Position numbers and translations under genes: made by a program. From the NCBI GenBank assembly GCA_964610465.1, contig CAZSWA010000005.1, positions 8,456 to 72,455 of the forward strand: a stretch of 64,000 nucleotides of DNA, read 5' to 3'. This document shows positions 19,351 to 28,738 of the stretch, one piece after another. Origin of the DNA: an uncultured Gammaproteobacteria bacterium. Lineage in GTDB: Bacteria; Patescibacteriota; Microgenomatia; Levybacterales; UBA12049. Each line of letters opens with the position of its first letter. Position 1 is the first letter of the stretch. A model generated the notes under the pieces. It was not told the DNA's origin and did not search any database. It was given only the letters and a program-made list of their open reading frames with translations.

Positions 19351-21036
19351 ATGGTTGATGAAATAACTACTGTTCCCCAAAAAGAAGATACTGTTTCATT
19401 TATCCCTCTTGGTGGAATTGAAGATGTAACTCGCAATATGTATCTGTATATTTACAAAGATCAAATACTGATAGTAGATTGTGGGCTAGGGTTTCCTGAT
19501 GAAACAATGCTTGGGGTTGATTTATTGCTTCCTGATATTTCTTATTTATTAAATACCACTAAAAAAATCGTTGGAATGGTTTTGACTCATGGACATGAAG
19601 ATCATATTGGCGGTTTGCCTTTTATCTTGCCGCAATTGCCGTCCTTTCCAATTTATGCCAGTCCGCTGACTGCAGCACTTGCCAATGAAAAACTAATAGA
19701 GTTTAGTCTAGCTCCATCCGTTCAAACAGTGCCATTTGATAGCGGAGATATAAAAATTGGTGATTTTACTACGTCTTTTCTTAGAGTAACCCATTCAGTT
19801 CCGGATAGTGCCAATATTGTCATTAAAACTCCTGTTGGGAATTTGTTTCATGGAAGTGACTTCAAATTTGATTTGACTCCTGCTGACGGGAAAAGAACGG
19901 AATTCTCAAAAATACTCAAAGCTTCAGAAGAACAAGTGCTTTGTCTTATGTCTGACTGTTTGGGAAGTGAAAGATCAGGATTTACACCATCTGAGGAAAT
20001 GCTTGAACAAAATTTTGAGCGGGAAATGCGTGAATGCAAAGGCAAATTTATCATTACTACCTATTCATCCAATGTCTCACGTCTTAATCAAGCCATACAA
20101 GTTGCACAAAGACTTAACAGAAAAGTATGTTTTGTAGGACGCTCGCTTGTGAAAGTCAAACTTATTGGACAAAAGATGGGGTACCTCGCCCTGAATAAAG
20201 GAACAGAGGTAGCAATTGATGAATTATATAAATATAAAGATAATCAACTTCTTCTTCTGGTTGCAGGAAGTCAAGGGCAGGAAAATTCCGCAATGTCGCG
20301 CATTGCAGAAGGTGAACATAAGGAAATAAAACTTACTCCACAGGATGTAGTAGTTTTTTCATCTGATCCAATACCAGGCAATGAAGTAGCAATTAATGCG
20401 CTCGTTGATACTATTTCCAAAAGGGGAGCACGTGTTGTCTCATCTGCTAATTCACACGAAATCTTTCATGTCTCAGGGCATGGCTCATCAGGTGATCATA
20501 TGCTTCTTATTGCCCTTACCAAACCTCGTTTTATGGTTCCAATATCAGGCACGTATCGGCAGATGGTCAACTATCGGGACCTGACCCAAAAAATGGGATA
20601 TAAAAGGAGTGACTTATTCCTTATTGAAAACGGCCAGGAAGTGGTATTTGGAAAAAATTCCATGAAACTTGGAAATTTAATTGATATTAAAAATGTATAT
20701 GTAGATGAAATGTCAGGAGAGGAACTTGAAAATTTCGTCATAAGAGATAGAGAAAAGCTTGGTAAGGAAGGAATCGTCATTGTAATGGCAGAAATTAATG
20801 CGTCAAACGGAAGACTTGCCAGCAAACCGGAATTTATTATGCGCGGGTTTGTATTGCAGGATGATAAACTCTCGTCATCTCTTATGAAAGAGATGGAGAA
20901 AAGTTTTGCAAACTACAAGGGAAGAGTATCTAATTGGCCGCATATGAGAAAACTGGTTGGTGATACCACAGAGCGGTTCCTCTACAAACGCTATCATCGC
21001 CGTCCACTCGTCATCCCCGTTATCATAGAGGTCTAA
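19351..21036 (+). CDS. rnj: Ribonuclease J
   Basis: PLGGIEDVTRNM, THGHEDHIGG, HSVPD, DFKFD, GSQG, HVSGH, RRPLVIPVI. Confidence 0.95.
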   Translation: MVDEITTVPQKEDTVSFIPLGGIEDVTRNMYLYIYKDQILIVDCGLGFPDETMLGVDLLLPDISYLLNTTKKIVGMVLTHGHEDHIGGLPFILPQLPSFPIYASPLTAALANEKLIEFSLAPSVQTVPFDSGDIKIGDFTTSFLRVTHSVPDSANIVIKTPVGNLFHGSDFKFDLTPADGKRTEFSKILKASEEQVLCLMSDCLGSERSGFTPSEEMLEQNFEREMRECKGKFIITTYSSNVSRLNQAIQVAQRLNRKVCFVGRSLVKVKLIGQKMGYLALNKGTEVAIDELYKYKDNQLLLLVAGSQGQENSAMSRIAEGEHKEIKLTPQDVVVFSSDPIPGNEVAINALVDTISKRGARVVSSANSHEIFHVSGHGSSGDHMLLIALTKPRFMVPISGTYRQMVNYRDLTQKMGYKRSDLFLIENGQEVVFGKNSMKLGNLIDIKNVYVDEMSGEELENFVIRDREKLGKEGIVIVMAEINASNGRLASKPEFIMRGFVLQDDKLSSSLMKEMEKSFANYKGRVSNWPHMRKLVGDTTERFLYKRYHRRPLVIPVIIEV

Positions 21037-21063
21037 GACAAAATTTGATATAGTTAAGTAAGT

Positions 21064-23085
21064 ATGGAAAACCAGGATGCAGGTTTTGCGGTCGCTACAG
21101 CAGATAGACAAAAATCACATGAAACAGAAACTGATACAAAAGATTTCAATGGGTTCCATGCACGGCTTCTTATCGGTGGAGAAGCCATAAATCCTGACAA
21201 GACTGATTTACCTCTTTTATCAGAAGATTCTTTACATCCAGAAGGCACGTATACAGTTTTGCAAAAAGCTTCAGATAACGAGCGGCTAGAGCATTGGCAA
21301 AGGAAAGGTATTACCAAATTTGAAGATCAAAAGACAAATTGGATAGAGAGTTTTAAAAAATCGATAGATGCTAAAAAAGATTTTTTTACGAATGCAGGAA
21401 AAGAACAAGCTGACCTATATCTAAAGCTTGGAATAGATGTTCAAAGTTTTACTGATGAACAAGCGGAAAATTTTTATAAGAACTATTTCACCGGAGAAAA
21501 TAAAAACTCTCAAATAGATAAATTTATTAATGATATAAAGAATGCGTATACAGAAAATGGCACACTAAATCGTGAAGCTTTAATGCGAAATATTGAAGGG
21601 ATAAAATGGTTGGCAAATGTATTTGGGAGCAATTCTGCAGAAATTATAAAACACGTAACTGATTTTACCACGAGAAATGAAGAAGAAATACGTGAGTCTT
21701 TAAATAGTGTGAATAAAGAAGTAGAGGAAAATGGAAAAAAAGGGCCACGAATTAATATACTTAATTCGTATGAAAAAGAGTTGCTTGCATTTTTATGGAA
21801 ACATGGAAAACCAACTCCTCAGCCAGAACCACAAACAGCACAGCAACATCAACCTGAAGCCACACAAATGCAAAATCCAATTCCTCCAGAAGCAGCACCT
21901 GTAATACAGAATGTTGAGGAATCGTCAGTGTTGGAAGAATTTCCTGAAGCAGAACGTGCGAATGCAGCTTCATATATTGATACGTTAAAAATATTATTGA
22001 ATAATATGCCAGAAAAAAAGCAAGAAGAGTCCTTTCTATTTAAGAAAATATACGATGAGCATCAAGGGAATATGGAAGCATGGGTAAAATCTTTATTAGA
22101 ATTTTATAAAATTAGTTCAAACGGTTCAAGTTACGTGCTTTCAATTTTAAGAAACCATATAGGAGAAGTAACACAATTAGTTGGAGGAGAATTTAGGGCA
22201 AAAGCGCTTATCGCAGAGGTACATCGAAAAGAAAAATTAAGTAATCAGGAACCTCAAGAACAAACAGGTGAAGTAAGGAGAACAATAAAACGACATATAA
22301 GACATATTGCCAAAAAAATACTTCCAGCAGAACGCAGAGCTGCAGTTGATAGAAAAACAATCAAAGAAAATCTTCGCTATCTATTCGATAACTATGGAAT
22401 TATTGTAAATATTGGAAGCGCTACTCAAGGAGATGTTGCTCCAACATTTAAAGAAGTTGATATTTCAGAAGCAGCAAAGGCTTTAAGAGCATTAAAAGAA
22501 GAAATAGCAGAATACCCTCGTGAGTATATTGATAATTGTCATTTAGGAAGAATAAGAATTGGAAGTAAAGTTTCTATGACGACTGAAAAAAGTGCAGCAG
22601 AACCTGTAGGTGGTTTTGCAGATTGGCGAGAAGGAGAAAAAAGGCAACTATATTTAGCCTTAGAAGAGTCAGATTCAGCTGATTCAGATCATTTTAGATC
22701 TTCAGTTCATCATGAGCTCTTCCATATGAGTGATAAAAATTTAGAACATAGTTTTGAAGAAATTGATGAAGAGTGGAGTAGATTAAATCCTGGAGGGAAA
22801 TCTGATTATTTAAGACGCGGTTATAGCGTATGGCACGACCCCAACAGCACAACACAACAAACTGAGCGTTCGTCAGGGTTTGCAAATGCATACGGAAAAG
22901 AAAATGAATGGGAAGATAGAGCTACTGTTGCAGAACTCTTGATGACAAATCCGAAGGAAGCAGAACGATTAGCAGAAGAAGATCCGGTATTAAAAGCAAA
23001 AATTGAAAAAATAAAAGAACTCTATAAACAAAGAAGTAACGGGAAAATGGATGATGAATATTTTAGAAACCTTGCATATAAATAG
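21064..23085 (+). CDS. Hypothetical protein with C-terminal zincin-like metallopeptidase motif
   Basis: HHELFH (HExxH) followed by GFANAYG...EWEDRA; no signal peptide; N-terminal two thirds unrecognised. Confidence 0.65.
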   Translation: MENQDAGFAVATADRQKSHETETDTKDFNGFHARLLIGGEAINPDKTDLPLLSEDSLHPEGTYTVLQKASDNERLEHWQRKGITKFEDQKTNWIESFKKSIDAKKDFFTNAGKEQADLYLKLGIDVQSFTDEQAENFYKNYFTGENKNSQIDKFINDIKNAYTENGTLNREALMRNIEGIKWLANVFGSNSAEIIKHVTDFTTRNEEEIRESLNSVNKEVEENGKKGPRINILNSYEKELLAFLWKHGKPTPQPEPQTAQQHQPEATQMQNPIPPEAAPVIQNVEESSVLEEFPEAERANAASYIDTLKILLNNMPEKKQEESFLFKKIYDEHQGNMEAWVKSLLEFYKISSNGSSYVLSILRNHIGEVTQLVGGEFRAKALIAEVHRKEKLSNQEPQEQTGEVRRTIKRHIRHIAKKILPAERRAAVDRKTIKENLRYLFDNYGIIVNIGSATQGDVAPTFKEVDISEAAKALRALKEEIAEYPREYIDNCHLGRIRIGSKVSMTTEKSAAEPVGGFADWREGEKRQLYLALEESDSADSDHFRSSVHHELFHMSDKNLEHSFEEIDEEWSRLNPGGKSDYLRRGYSVWHDPNSTTQQTERSSGFANAYGKENEWEDRATVAELLMTNPKEAERLAEEDPVLKAKIEKIKELYKQRSNGKMDDEYFRNLAYK

Positions 23086-23087
23086 TT

Positions 23088-23134
23088 TCATCTAAACGGG
23101 ATTTTCGAGATCTCTCGCTGATGCTCGAGATGAC
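23088..23134. repeat. REP-like palindromic element
   Basis: TCATCT...AGATGA outer arms; inner TCTCG-ctgatgct-CGAGA hairpin. Confidence 0.45.
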
Positions 23135-23230
23135 AAAATTATGTCAGAAGTGTGAACTTTTACAATACTCTGGAAATTTTGTCAAATTCGGCAATTTGTG
23201 TTATTATTTTTATCACTCTATAATAGGATT

Positions 23231-25393
23231 ATGGGTTTTAAAAAGAGGAGTTCCAGAAGAAAAGGTAAGTTTAAGCTTAAGAAGAAAACTGTCTATACGA
23301 TATTTGGTATTGGTTTTATCATCGCAGGTATTATCCTCCTTGTTTCCTTTTTCAATACAGGTGATTCAGCAATGAGACTTCATACAAAACTGACTGACAG
23401 TTTTGGTTTCTTAGCTTTTTTTGCTCCTTTTGTCCTTATCTTTTTTGGTTTTCTTTTCTTGCATCTTAAAATGTATATCTCAAGACTCAATGTGCCAATT
23501 GGCTATACACTTTTTTTTGCTTCACTTCTTGGACTTATGCGGACAGGAGCAGTAGGAGATAGAGTCTCACAAGTGTTTACTGAAATTTTGACCAGAACAG
23601 GTGCTGATCTTATCTTTATCGGCGGACTTTTGGTTGGAACAATTGTATTTTTTGATACTTCAATGGATGATATTTTCCAAGTATTTATGTCTATTGGCAA
23701 GACGATTCCTAAATTATTTCCAAGAAAAGTATTTGTAGGCGGAAACGGGAAGAAAGAAAAAGCAATGCTTGATAGAAGCAAACCAATTACCATAAAAGGC
23801 GGAGGGCAAAAAGAAGAATTCGCTCCAGCAATGGCTGCTGTAAAAACAGCACGTGCAACAGTGCCTTTACCTAACATTAATAAAAAAGAAGTAGAGCTTC
23901 TTCCTGAAAAACTCGTGAGTAACGTCTTATCAGGAACTGCAGGAGGAATCTGGGAATATCCGCCTCTTTCACTTCTTTCAGATGATGCAGGAAAAAAAGC
24001 AGAAAGAGGAGATATTAATAAAATTGCATCAACGATTGAGAAAACGCTTCAGAGTTTTGGTATTGATGCGCGTGTTGCAGAAGTCAATCTTGGCCCTGCA
24101 GTTACTCAGTATGCACTCGAAATTGCATTAGGTACCAAAGTATCCAAAATCACCTCTCTTGCCAATGATTTAGCGCTTGCAACAGAGGCGCCCACAGGAC
24201 AAATCCGTATTGAAGCACCTATCCCAGGACGCAATCTAATCGGTATTGAAATCCCAAATCGCTCTTTGGAACTTGTACCGCTTCGGGTGATGCTTGCCTC
24301 AACTGTTATGCAAAAAAGCAAATCAAAACTTACGGTTTCTTTAGGTCTTGATGTATCTGGAAACCCAGTGGTCGCAGATATTGCCAAGATGCCACATGTA
24401 CTGGTTGCGGGAACTACGGGTTCCGGAAAATCAGTGCTTATCAATGCATTTATCTCTTCATTATTATTTAGAGCTTCTCCTCAAGAGGTAAGGCTTATTT
24501 TAATTGATCCAAAACGGGTTGAATTTACAGGATATAATGGGATTCCCCATCTTTTAACACCTGTCATTGTAGAACCTGAAAAAATTCTTTCAGCATTAAA
24601 ATGGGCAATGCATGAAATGGATAAGCGGTATAAATTATTTGCAGAACGCGGAGTCAGAAATATTGACGCATACAATGAATTATCAGGATTTCAAGCACTT
24701 CCGTATATTGTCATATTTATTGACGAACTTGCTGATCTTATGATGTTTGCGCCGGTTGAGGTCGAAGACGCTATCGCACGGCTTGCCCAAATGGCTCGTG
24801 CAACAGGAATTCATCTGGTTATTGCAACACAGAGACCATCTGTGAATGTAATTACAGGACTTATCAAAGCCAATATTCCCTGCCGTATTGCGTTTAGCGT
24901 TTCATCTATGATTGACTCACGTGTTATTATTGATTCACCAGGAGCTGAAAAATTATTAGGACGGGGAGATATGCTTTATATCCCTCCCGATCAAGCCAAA
25001 CCCACTCGTATTCAAGGTGCATATATTGAAAAAGAAGTCAAAAAGTTAGTTGATTATCTTAAATCCAAAAATTATCCTGTTGAATATACAGAAGAAGTGA
25101 CAAGTCAACCGCTCCCTCTCAAAAAAGGCGGAGCAGGCAGTACTTCATCAACAGGCGCTGATGGACGTGATGAACAGCTTGAGGAAGCAATACGAACGGT
25201 CTGTCAATTCAATACTGCCTCTGCATCATTTTTACAGCGAAAAATGTCAGTTGGATATGCGCGAGCAGCACGAATTCTTGATCAATTGGAGGAATTAGGA
25301 ATTGTCGGGCCTGCTGAAGGAGCAAAGCCAAGAGATGTATTGGTGAGAAACGCTGAAGAATATATCGCAAATTTACATCAACAGAACCAATAA
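23231..25393 (+). CDS. ftsK: DNA translocase FtsK/SpoIIIE
   Basis: N-terminal TM region, PHVLVAGTTGSGKS, IDELADLMM, ATQRPSV, GAEKLLGRGDML, gamma domain. Start moved to ATG 23231, just after a TATAAT box. Confidence 0.96.
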   Translation: MGFKKRSSRRKGKFKLKKKTVYTIFGIGFIIAGIILLVSFFNTGDSAMRLHTKLTDSFGFLAFFAPFVLIFFGFLFLHLKMYISRLNVPIGYTLFFASLLGLMRTGAVGDRVSQVFTEILTRTGADLIFIGGLLVGTIVFFDTSMDDIFQVFMSIGKTIPKLFPRKVFVGGNGKKEKAMLDRSKPITIKGGGQKEEFAPAMAAVKTARATVPLPNINKKEVELLPEKLVSNVLSGTAGGIWEYPPLSLLSDDAGKKAERGDINKIASTIEKTLQSFGIDARVAEVNLGPAVTQYALEIALGTKVSKITSLANDLALATEAPTGQIRIEAPIPGRNLIGIEIPNRSLELVPLRVMLASTVMQKSKSKLTVSLGLDVSGNPVVADIAKMPHVLVAGTTGSGKSVLINAFISSLLFRASPQEVRLILIDPKRVEFTGYNGIPHLLTPVIVEPEKILSALKWAMHEMDKRYKLFAERGVRNIDAYNELSGFQALPYIVIFIDELADLMMFAPVEVEDAIARLAQMARATGIHLVIATQRPSVNVITGLIKANIPCRIAFSVSSMIDSRVIIDSPGAEKLLGRGDMLYIPPDQAKPTRIQGAYIEKEVKKLVDYLKSKNYPVEYTEEVTSQPLPLKKGGAGSTSSTGADGRDEQLEEAIRTVCQFNTASASFLQRKMSVGYARAARILDQLEELGIVGPAEGAKPRDVLVRNAEEYIANLHQQNQ

Positions 25394-25424
25394 AGTTAAA
25401 GCTGCTGTTTAAGATTTTTACACT

Positions 25425-26054
25425 ATGATTACAGTAGGACAAAAATTGCGTGATGAACGCATCCATAGAAAACTTTCTCTTGAAGAAGTATCAGAAGCAA
25501 CCCGTATTCAGGAAAAATTTCTTGCTGCAATAGAAAAAGGAGAATATAATAAGCTTCCCTCTGCTGCCTATGCGCAAGGATTTGTCAAAAACTATGCACA
25601 GTATCTTGGTGTACCCAAAAAAGAAATAGGGGCACTTTTTAAACGTGAATTTGACGAAGAAAAAATCTACAGAGTTCTTCCTGAAAGTTTGGCAAGAGTG
25701 AAAGAATATCCGCTCAAGGGAATACGGGTACAACAATCATTTATCATTGCTGGTATTGTACTTATCGCAATAGCATTTTATTTACTTTTCCAGTATAGGT
25801 ATGTTTTTATCGCACCGCCTCTTTCACTTACTTCGCCTCAAGACACAAAAATTACCTCAAAAGTAGTAACTGTTTCAGGAACTACAGACTCTAATGCAAT
25901 AGTTTTTATTAATACCTATTCAGTACCGGTAAACACGAAAGGAGAATTTACCAAACGTTTTAATGTATTTCCGGGAAAAGTGACTATCACTGTTACAGCA
26001 AAGAGTAGATTTGGCAAAGAAGCAGTAGTGCAAAAAATACTTCAGGTACAATAA
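25425..26054 (+). CDS. RodZ-like HTH membrane protein
   Basis: GQKLRDER...LAAIEKGEY.KLP..AYAQGFVKNYAQYLG HTH, one TM helix, Ig-like C-terminus; follows ftsK. Confidence 0.85.
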   Translation: MITVGQKLRDERIHRKLSLEEVSEATRIQEKFLAAIEKGEYNKLPSAAYAQGFVKNYAQYLGVPKKEIGALFKREFDEEKIYRVLPESLARVKEYPLKGIRVQQSFIIAGIVLIAIAFYLLFQYRYVFIAPPLSLTSPQDTKITSKVVTVSGTTDSNAIVFINTYSVPVNTKGEFTKRFNVFPGKVTITVTAKSRFGKEAVVQKILQVQ

Positions 26055-26112
26055 AACGTTCTTACCCTTCTCTTTCTTGACATAGTTAAGTTTCTTGCGA
26101 TATGGTATATAT

Positions 26113-26412
26113 ATGGACTCAGTTCAGCTTGTGTTACTTTTTGTGATAGTAGTACTTGCCATAATGCTGGTACTTCTGGGAGTACAGGTATTTTTTATCC
26201 TTATGGAAATTAGAAGAACGGTAATGAAGGCAAATAAACTTTTGGATAATGCTGATACAATAACTCAAAGTATTCAAGGTCCGCTTTCAGCATTCTCATC
26301 CATTGCGCTTGGGTTTAAGGCAACTTCATTTATTGCAGTGGCAAAAATTATCAAAAGTCTTCTTGGCAAAGAAGAAGATTCACATGAGGGGCATCATCAC
26401 CACAAGGAGTAA
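26113..26412 (+). CDS. Small membrane protein (DUF948-like)
   Basis: N-terminal TM followed by coiled segment; precedes a YtxH-like gene; upstream TTGACA favours ATG 26113. Confidence 0.65.
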   Translation: MDSVQLVLLFVIVVLAIMLVLLGVQVFFILMEIRRTVMKANKLLDNADTITQSIQGPLSAFSSIALGFKATSFIAVAKIIKSLLGKEEDSHEGHHHHKE

Positions 26413-26417
26413 CTGCT

Positions 26418-26864
26418 ATGGATAACACACATCATGAGGGAAACAATCTAGGAAATGGTTTTGTATTGGGAGTAGTAGTAGGCGTAGTGATTGCGCTTCT
26501 TTTTAGTACCAAGAAAGGAAGGGAGATTTTACGGACACTTACTGAAGAGGGACTGAGTAAAGTGTCAAATCTTGAGGATTTGCTCAAAGAAGAATCAGAA
26601 CTGGAAGAAGAAGATACAGATGTTGATGGTGATGATTATATACAACCTGAAGAACAGAAAGAAATTCGTTACCTTGCATCTGAAGAAGCTCATCAGGAAA
26701 AAGAAGAACTTTCTGAGACACTAACACAAGCTGAGGAGAGACACAGTGTTCACGAAGCCCATGAAGAGAAAAGAGAGACTGAAAGTGAAAATAAAACAAA
26801 TGGAGGAGTACATAGAGTTAAAAAACTTCCCCGCTTCTTCAGAGGAATCCCAAAGAAAAGCTAA
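26418..26864 (+). CDS. YtxH-domain protein
   Basis: GFVLGVVVGVVIALLFSTKKGREI motif; AAGGAG RBS; acidic tail. Confidence 0.75.
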   Translation: MDNTHHEGNNLGNGFVLGVVVGVVIALLFSTKKGREILRTLTEEGLSKVSNLEDLLKEESELEEEDTDVDGDDYIQPEEQKEIRYLASEEAHQEKEELSETLTQAEERHSVHEAHEEKRETESENKTNGGVHRVKKLPRFFRGIPKKS

Positions 26865-26946
26865 AATTTTCTAACAAGACCTCCTCTTGTGTAACTATTT
26901 CAGGAATTGAAGAATTTGTTGATTTCAAAAATATTATTTGCTATAA

Positions 26947-27777
26947 ATGATCATTCCTTATCAAGAAGAACAACGTCTTCAATTTTCAAGAGAATCACAA
27001 GTAAGACAAGAAACTGAACTAAAACTTTCTCCGCAAACCTTTTACGCACTTAGAATTCATACACCTCAACAGATAAACATTGCAGAGCAAGTATCATCAT
27101 GGCATAGTAGATATGGGTACGACTCACGAAATGTAGAACAAATAGATGAAAAGACGTGGAAAATATGGGAAACAACTAAAGTCGTGGATGCAAATGAGGA
27201 AGGGATAATCTTAGAGCAAATTGGTATTAATGGAGAAAGACAACCTCTTAGACGAATGACGATAGAAAATACTTCTTATATTCGAGGAGAACAAAATAAA
27301 AAAGGAACAGATTTAACAATTGTTTCAGAAAACGAAGATGCAACGTTCTCAACGGAATCCTTTTTCAGAAATATCTATTACCCTACAAGAAGAGCTGGGT
27401 TAGATATAGTGAGGAAAAGAAATCAGGGAGCATCCCTTCAAGCAATACATTTATATAATGTGCAAACAGGTGATGAGAGAGATATATACTTAGGTAGGAG
27501 ACTAAAACTTGGTACTAGCGCAAAAATATATCCAGGACTTCGTGTCCTTGACTACACTATCGAAGCGGACGTTGATGAATCTCCTTTAAAAATGACAACA
27601 CTTAGTGTTGACAAATTGTCACAATCGATAGTATTTTCTGCAGACTCAAGTACTTTGTTTACCCCAAGCACTGAAGCAGCAATTATAAATAGCGCGTTTG
27701 CATTAACTGATAAAGTATATAGAGGTGAAAGAGTAATTGCGCCTAGGGGAGAAATATTTAATCCTTCAAATAAATAA
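26947..27777 (+). CDS. Hypothetical protein
   Basis: 276-aa ORF filling the gap before the convergent mltG; no recognisable motif; start uncertain. Confidence 0.6.
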   Translation: MIIPYQEEQRLQFSRESQVRQETELKLSPQTFYALRIHTPQQINIAEQVSSWHSRYGYDSRNVEQIDEKTWKIWETTKVVDANEEGIILEQIGINGERQPLRRMTIENTSYIRGEQNKKGTDLTIVSENEDATFSTESFFRNIYYPTRRAGLDIVRKRNQGASLQAIHLYNVQTGDERDIYLGRRLKLGTSAKIYPGLRVLDYTIEADVDESPLKMTTLSVDKLSQSIVFSADSSTLFTPSTEAAIINSAFALTDKVYRGERVIAPRGEIFNPSNK

Positions 27778-27778
27778 T

Positions 27779-28738
27779 CTACAATCCGTATTTTTTGATA
27801 TTGGCAGCGTGTTCTTCAAATGTTTTTGCATAATGATTGTGGCCTGATTTGTCGGAGAGATAATACAGATAGGCAGTAGCCGGTGCATCAACAACTGCTT
27901 TTAATGCATCAAGACCAGGATTTGAAATTGGTGTTGGCGGAAGACCGGGATTGGCATAGGTATTAAAGGGAGAGCTAATTTTTAAATCATCCGCTGTTAA
28001 ATCCTTTTTCCACCAGGTTTTTTCTTCAGGTTGAAAACCCAACGCATATTGCACTGTTGCATCAATATCAAGTGCCATACCAAGATTGATTCTATTTAAA
28101 ATAACAGATGCAACAAGTGGCCTATCTTCTGCAAATTTTGCTTCCCGCTCGACAAGAGATGCAATTGTCACAATTTGCTGTTGTGATAAATTGCTATTTC
28201 TCCCATTGGGAATAGATGCATATTTTTTATCAAAATTATTTTTCAGTGTTGAGATTATCAAGTTAATATCAGCTTCTCTTGGGAAAAGATAGCTATCAGG
28301 GAAAAGATATCCTTCCTGTGTCTCAAGTTGTGCTCTCCAACTCTCCTGATAGGAGGAAAGTTTTTCTTTTAAAATATCTGCAATCTCATCAGCTCTTTTG
28401 CCTTCTGGAATAGTAACCCAGATATCAATCATCCCTTGAGTCAACCCTTGGGCAATATCTTTGGGAGACATGGAAGGAGAAAATTTAAAATCACCTACTT
28501 GAATTTTATTGCCAAGGTTTAGCTCTTTAACCAGGAGATAAAATATTATCGGGTCTTTTATCAAGCCTTCCTGTTTTAGTCCATTGGCAATTTCTCTGAC
28601 TCCTTCACCTTTTTGCACAGTAAATATTTTCTGCGTAGTATCTAAAGAATTTGCCGGTTTCAATCCATTTGCCCACCATAAATAGATACCAACAATTGCA
28701 ATACCAATAACTATAATGACCGTTATGATTTTATTCAT
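27779..28738 (-). CDS. mltG: Endolytic transglycosylase MltG
   Basis: TIPEG, EGYLFPDSY, ASLVERE, DATVQY, SPFNTY..PGLPPTPISNPG, YLYY; ATG 28738 overlaps the upstream stop. Confidence 0.95.
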   Translation of the reverse strand: MNKIITVIIVIGIAIVGIYLWWANGLKPANSLDTTQKIFTVQKGEGVREIANGLKQEGLIKDPIIFYLLVKELNLGNKIQVGDFKFSPSMSPKDIAQGLTQGMIDIWVTIPEGKRADEIADILKEKLSSYQESWRAQLETQEGYLFPDSYLFPREADINLIISTLKNNFDKKYASIPNGRNSNLSQQQIVTIASLVEREAKFAEDRPLVASVILNRINLGMALDIDATVQYALGFQPEEKTWWKKDLTADDLKISSPFNTYANPGLPPTPISNPGLDALKAVVDAPATAYLYYLSDKSGHNHYAKTFEEHAANIKKYGL

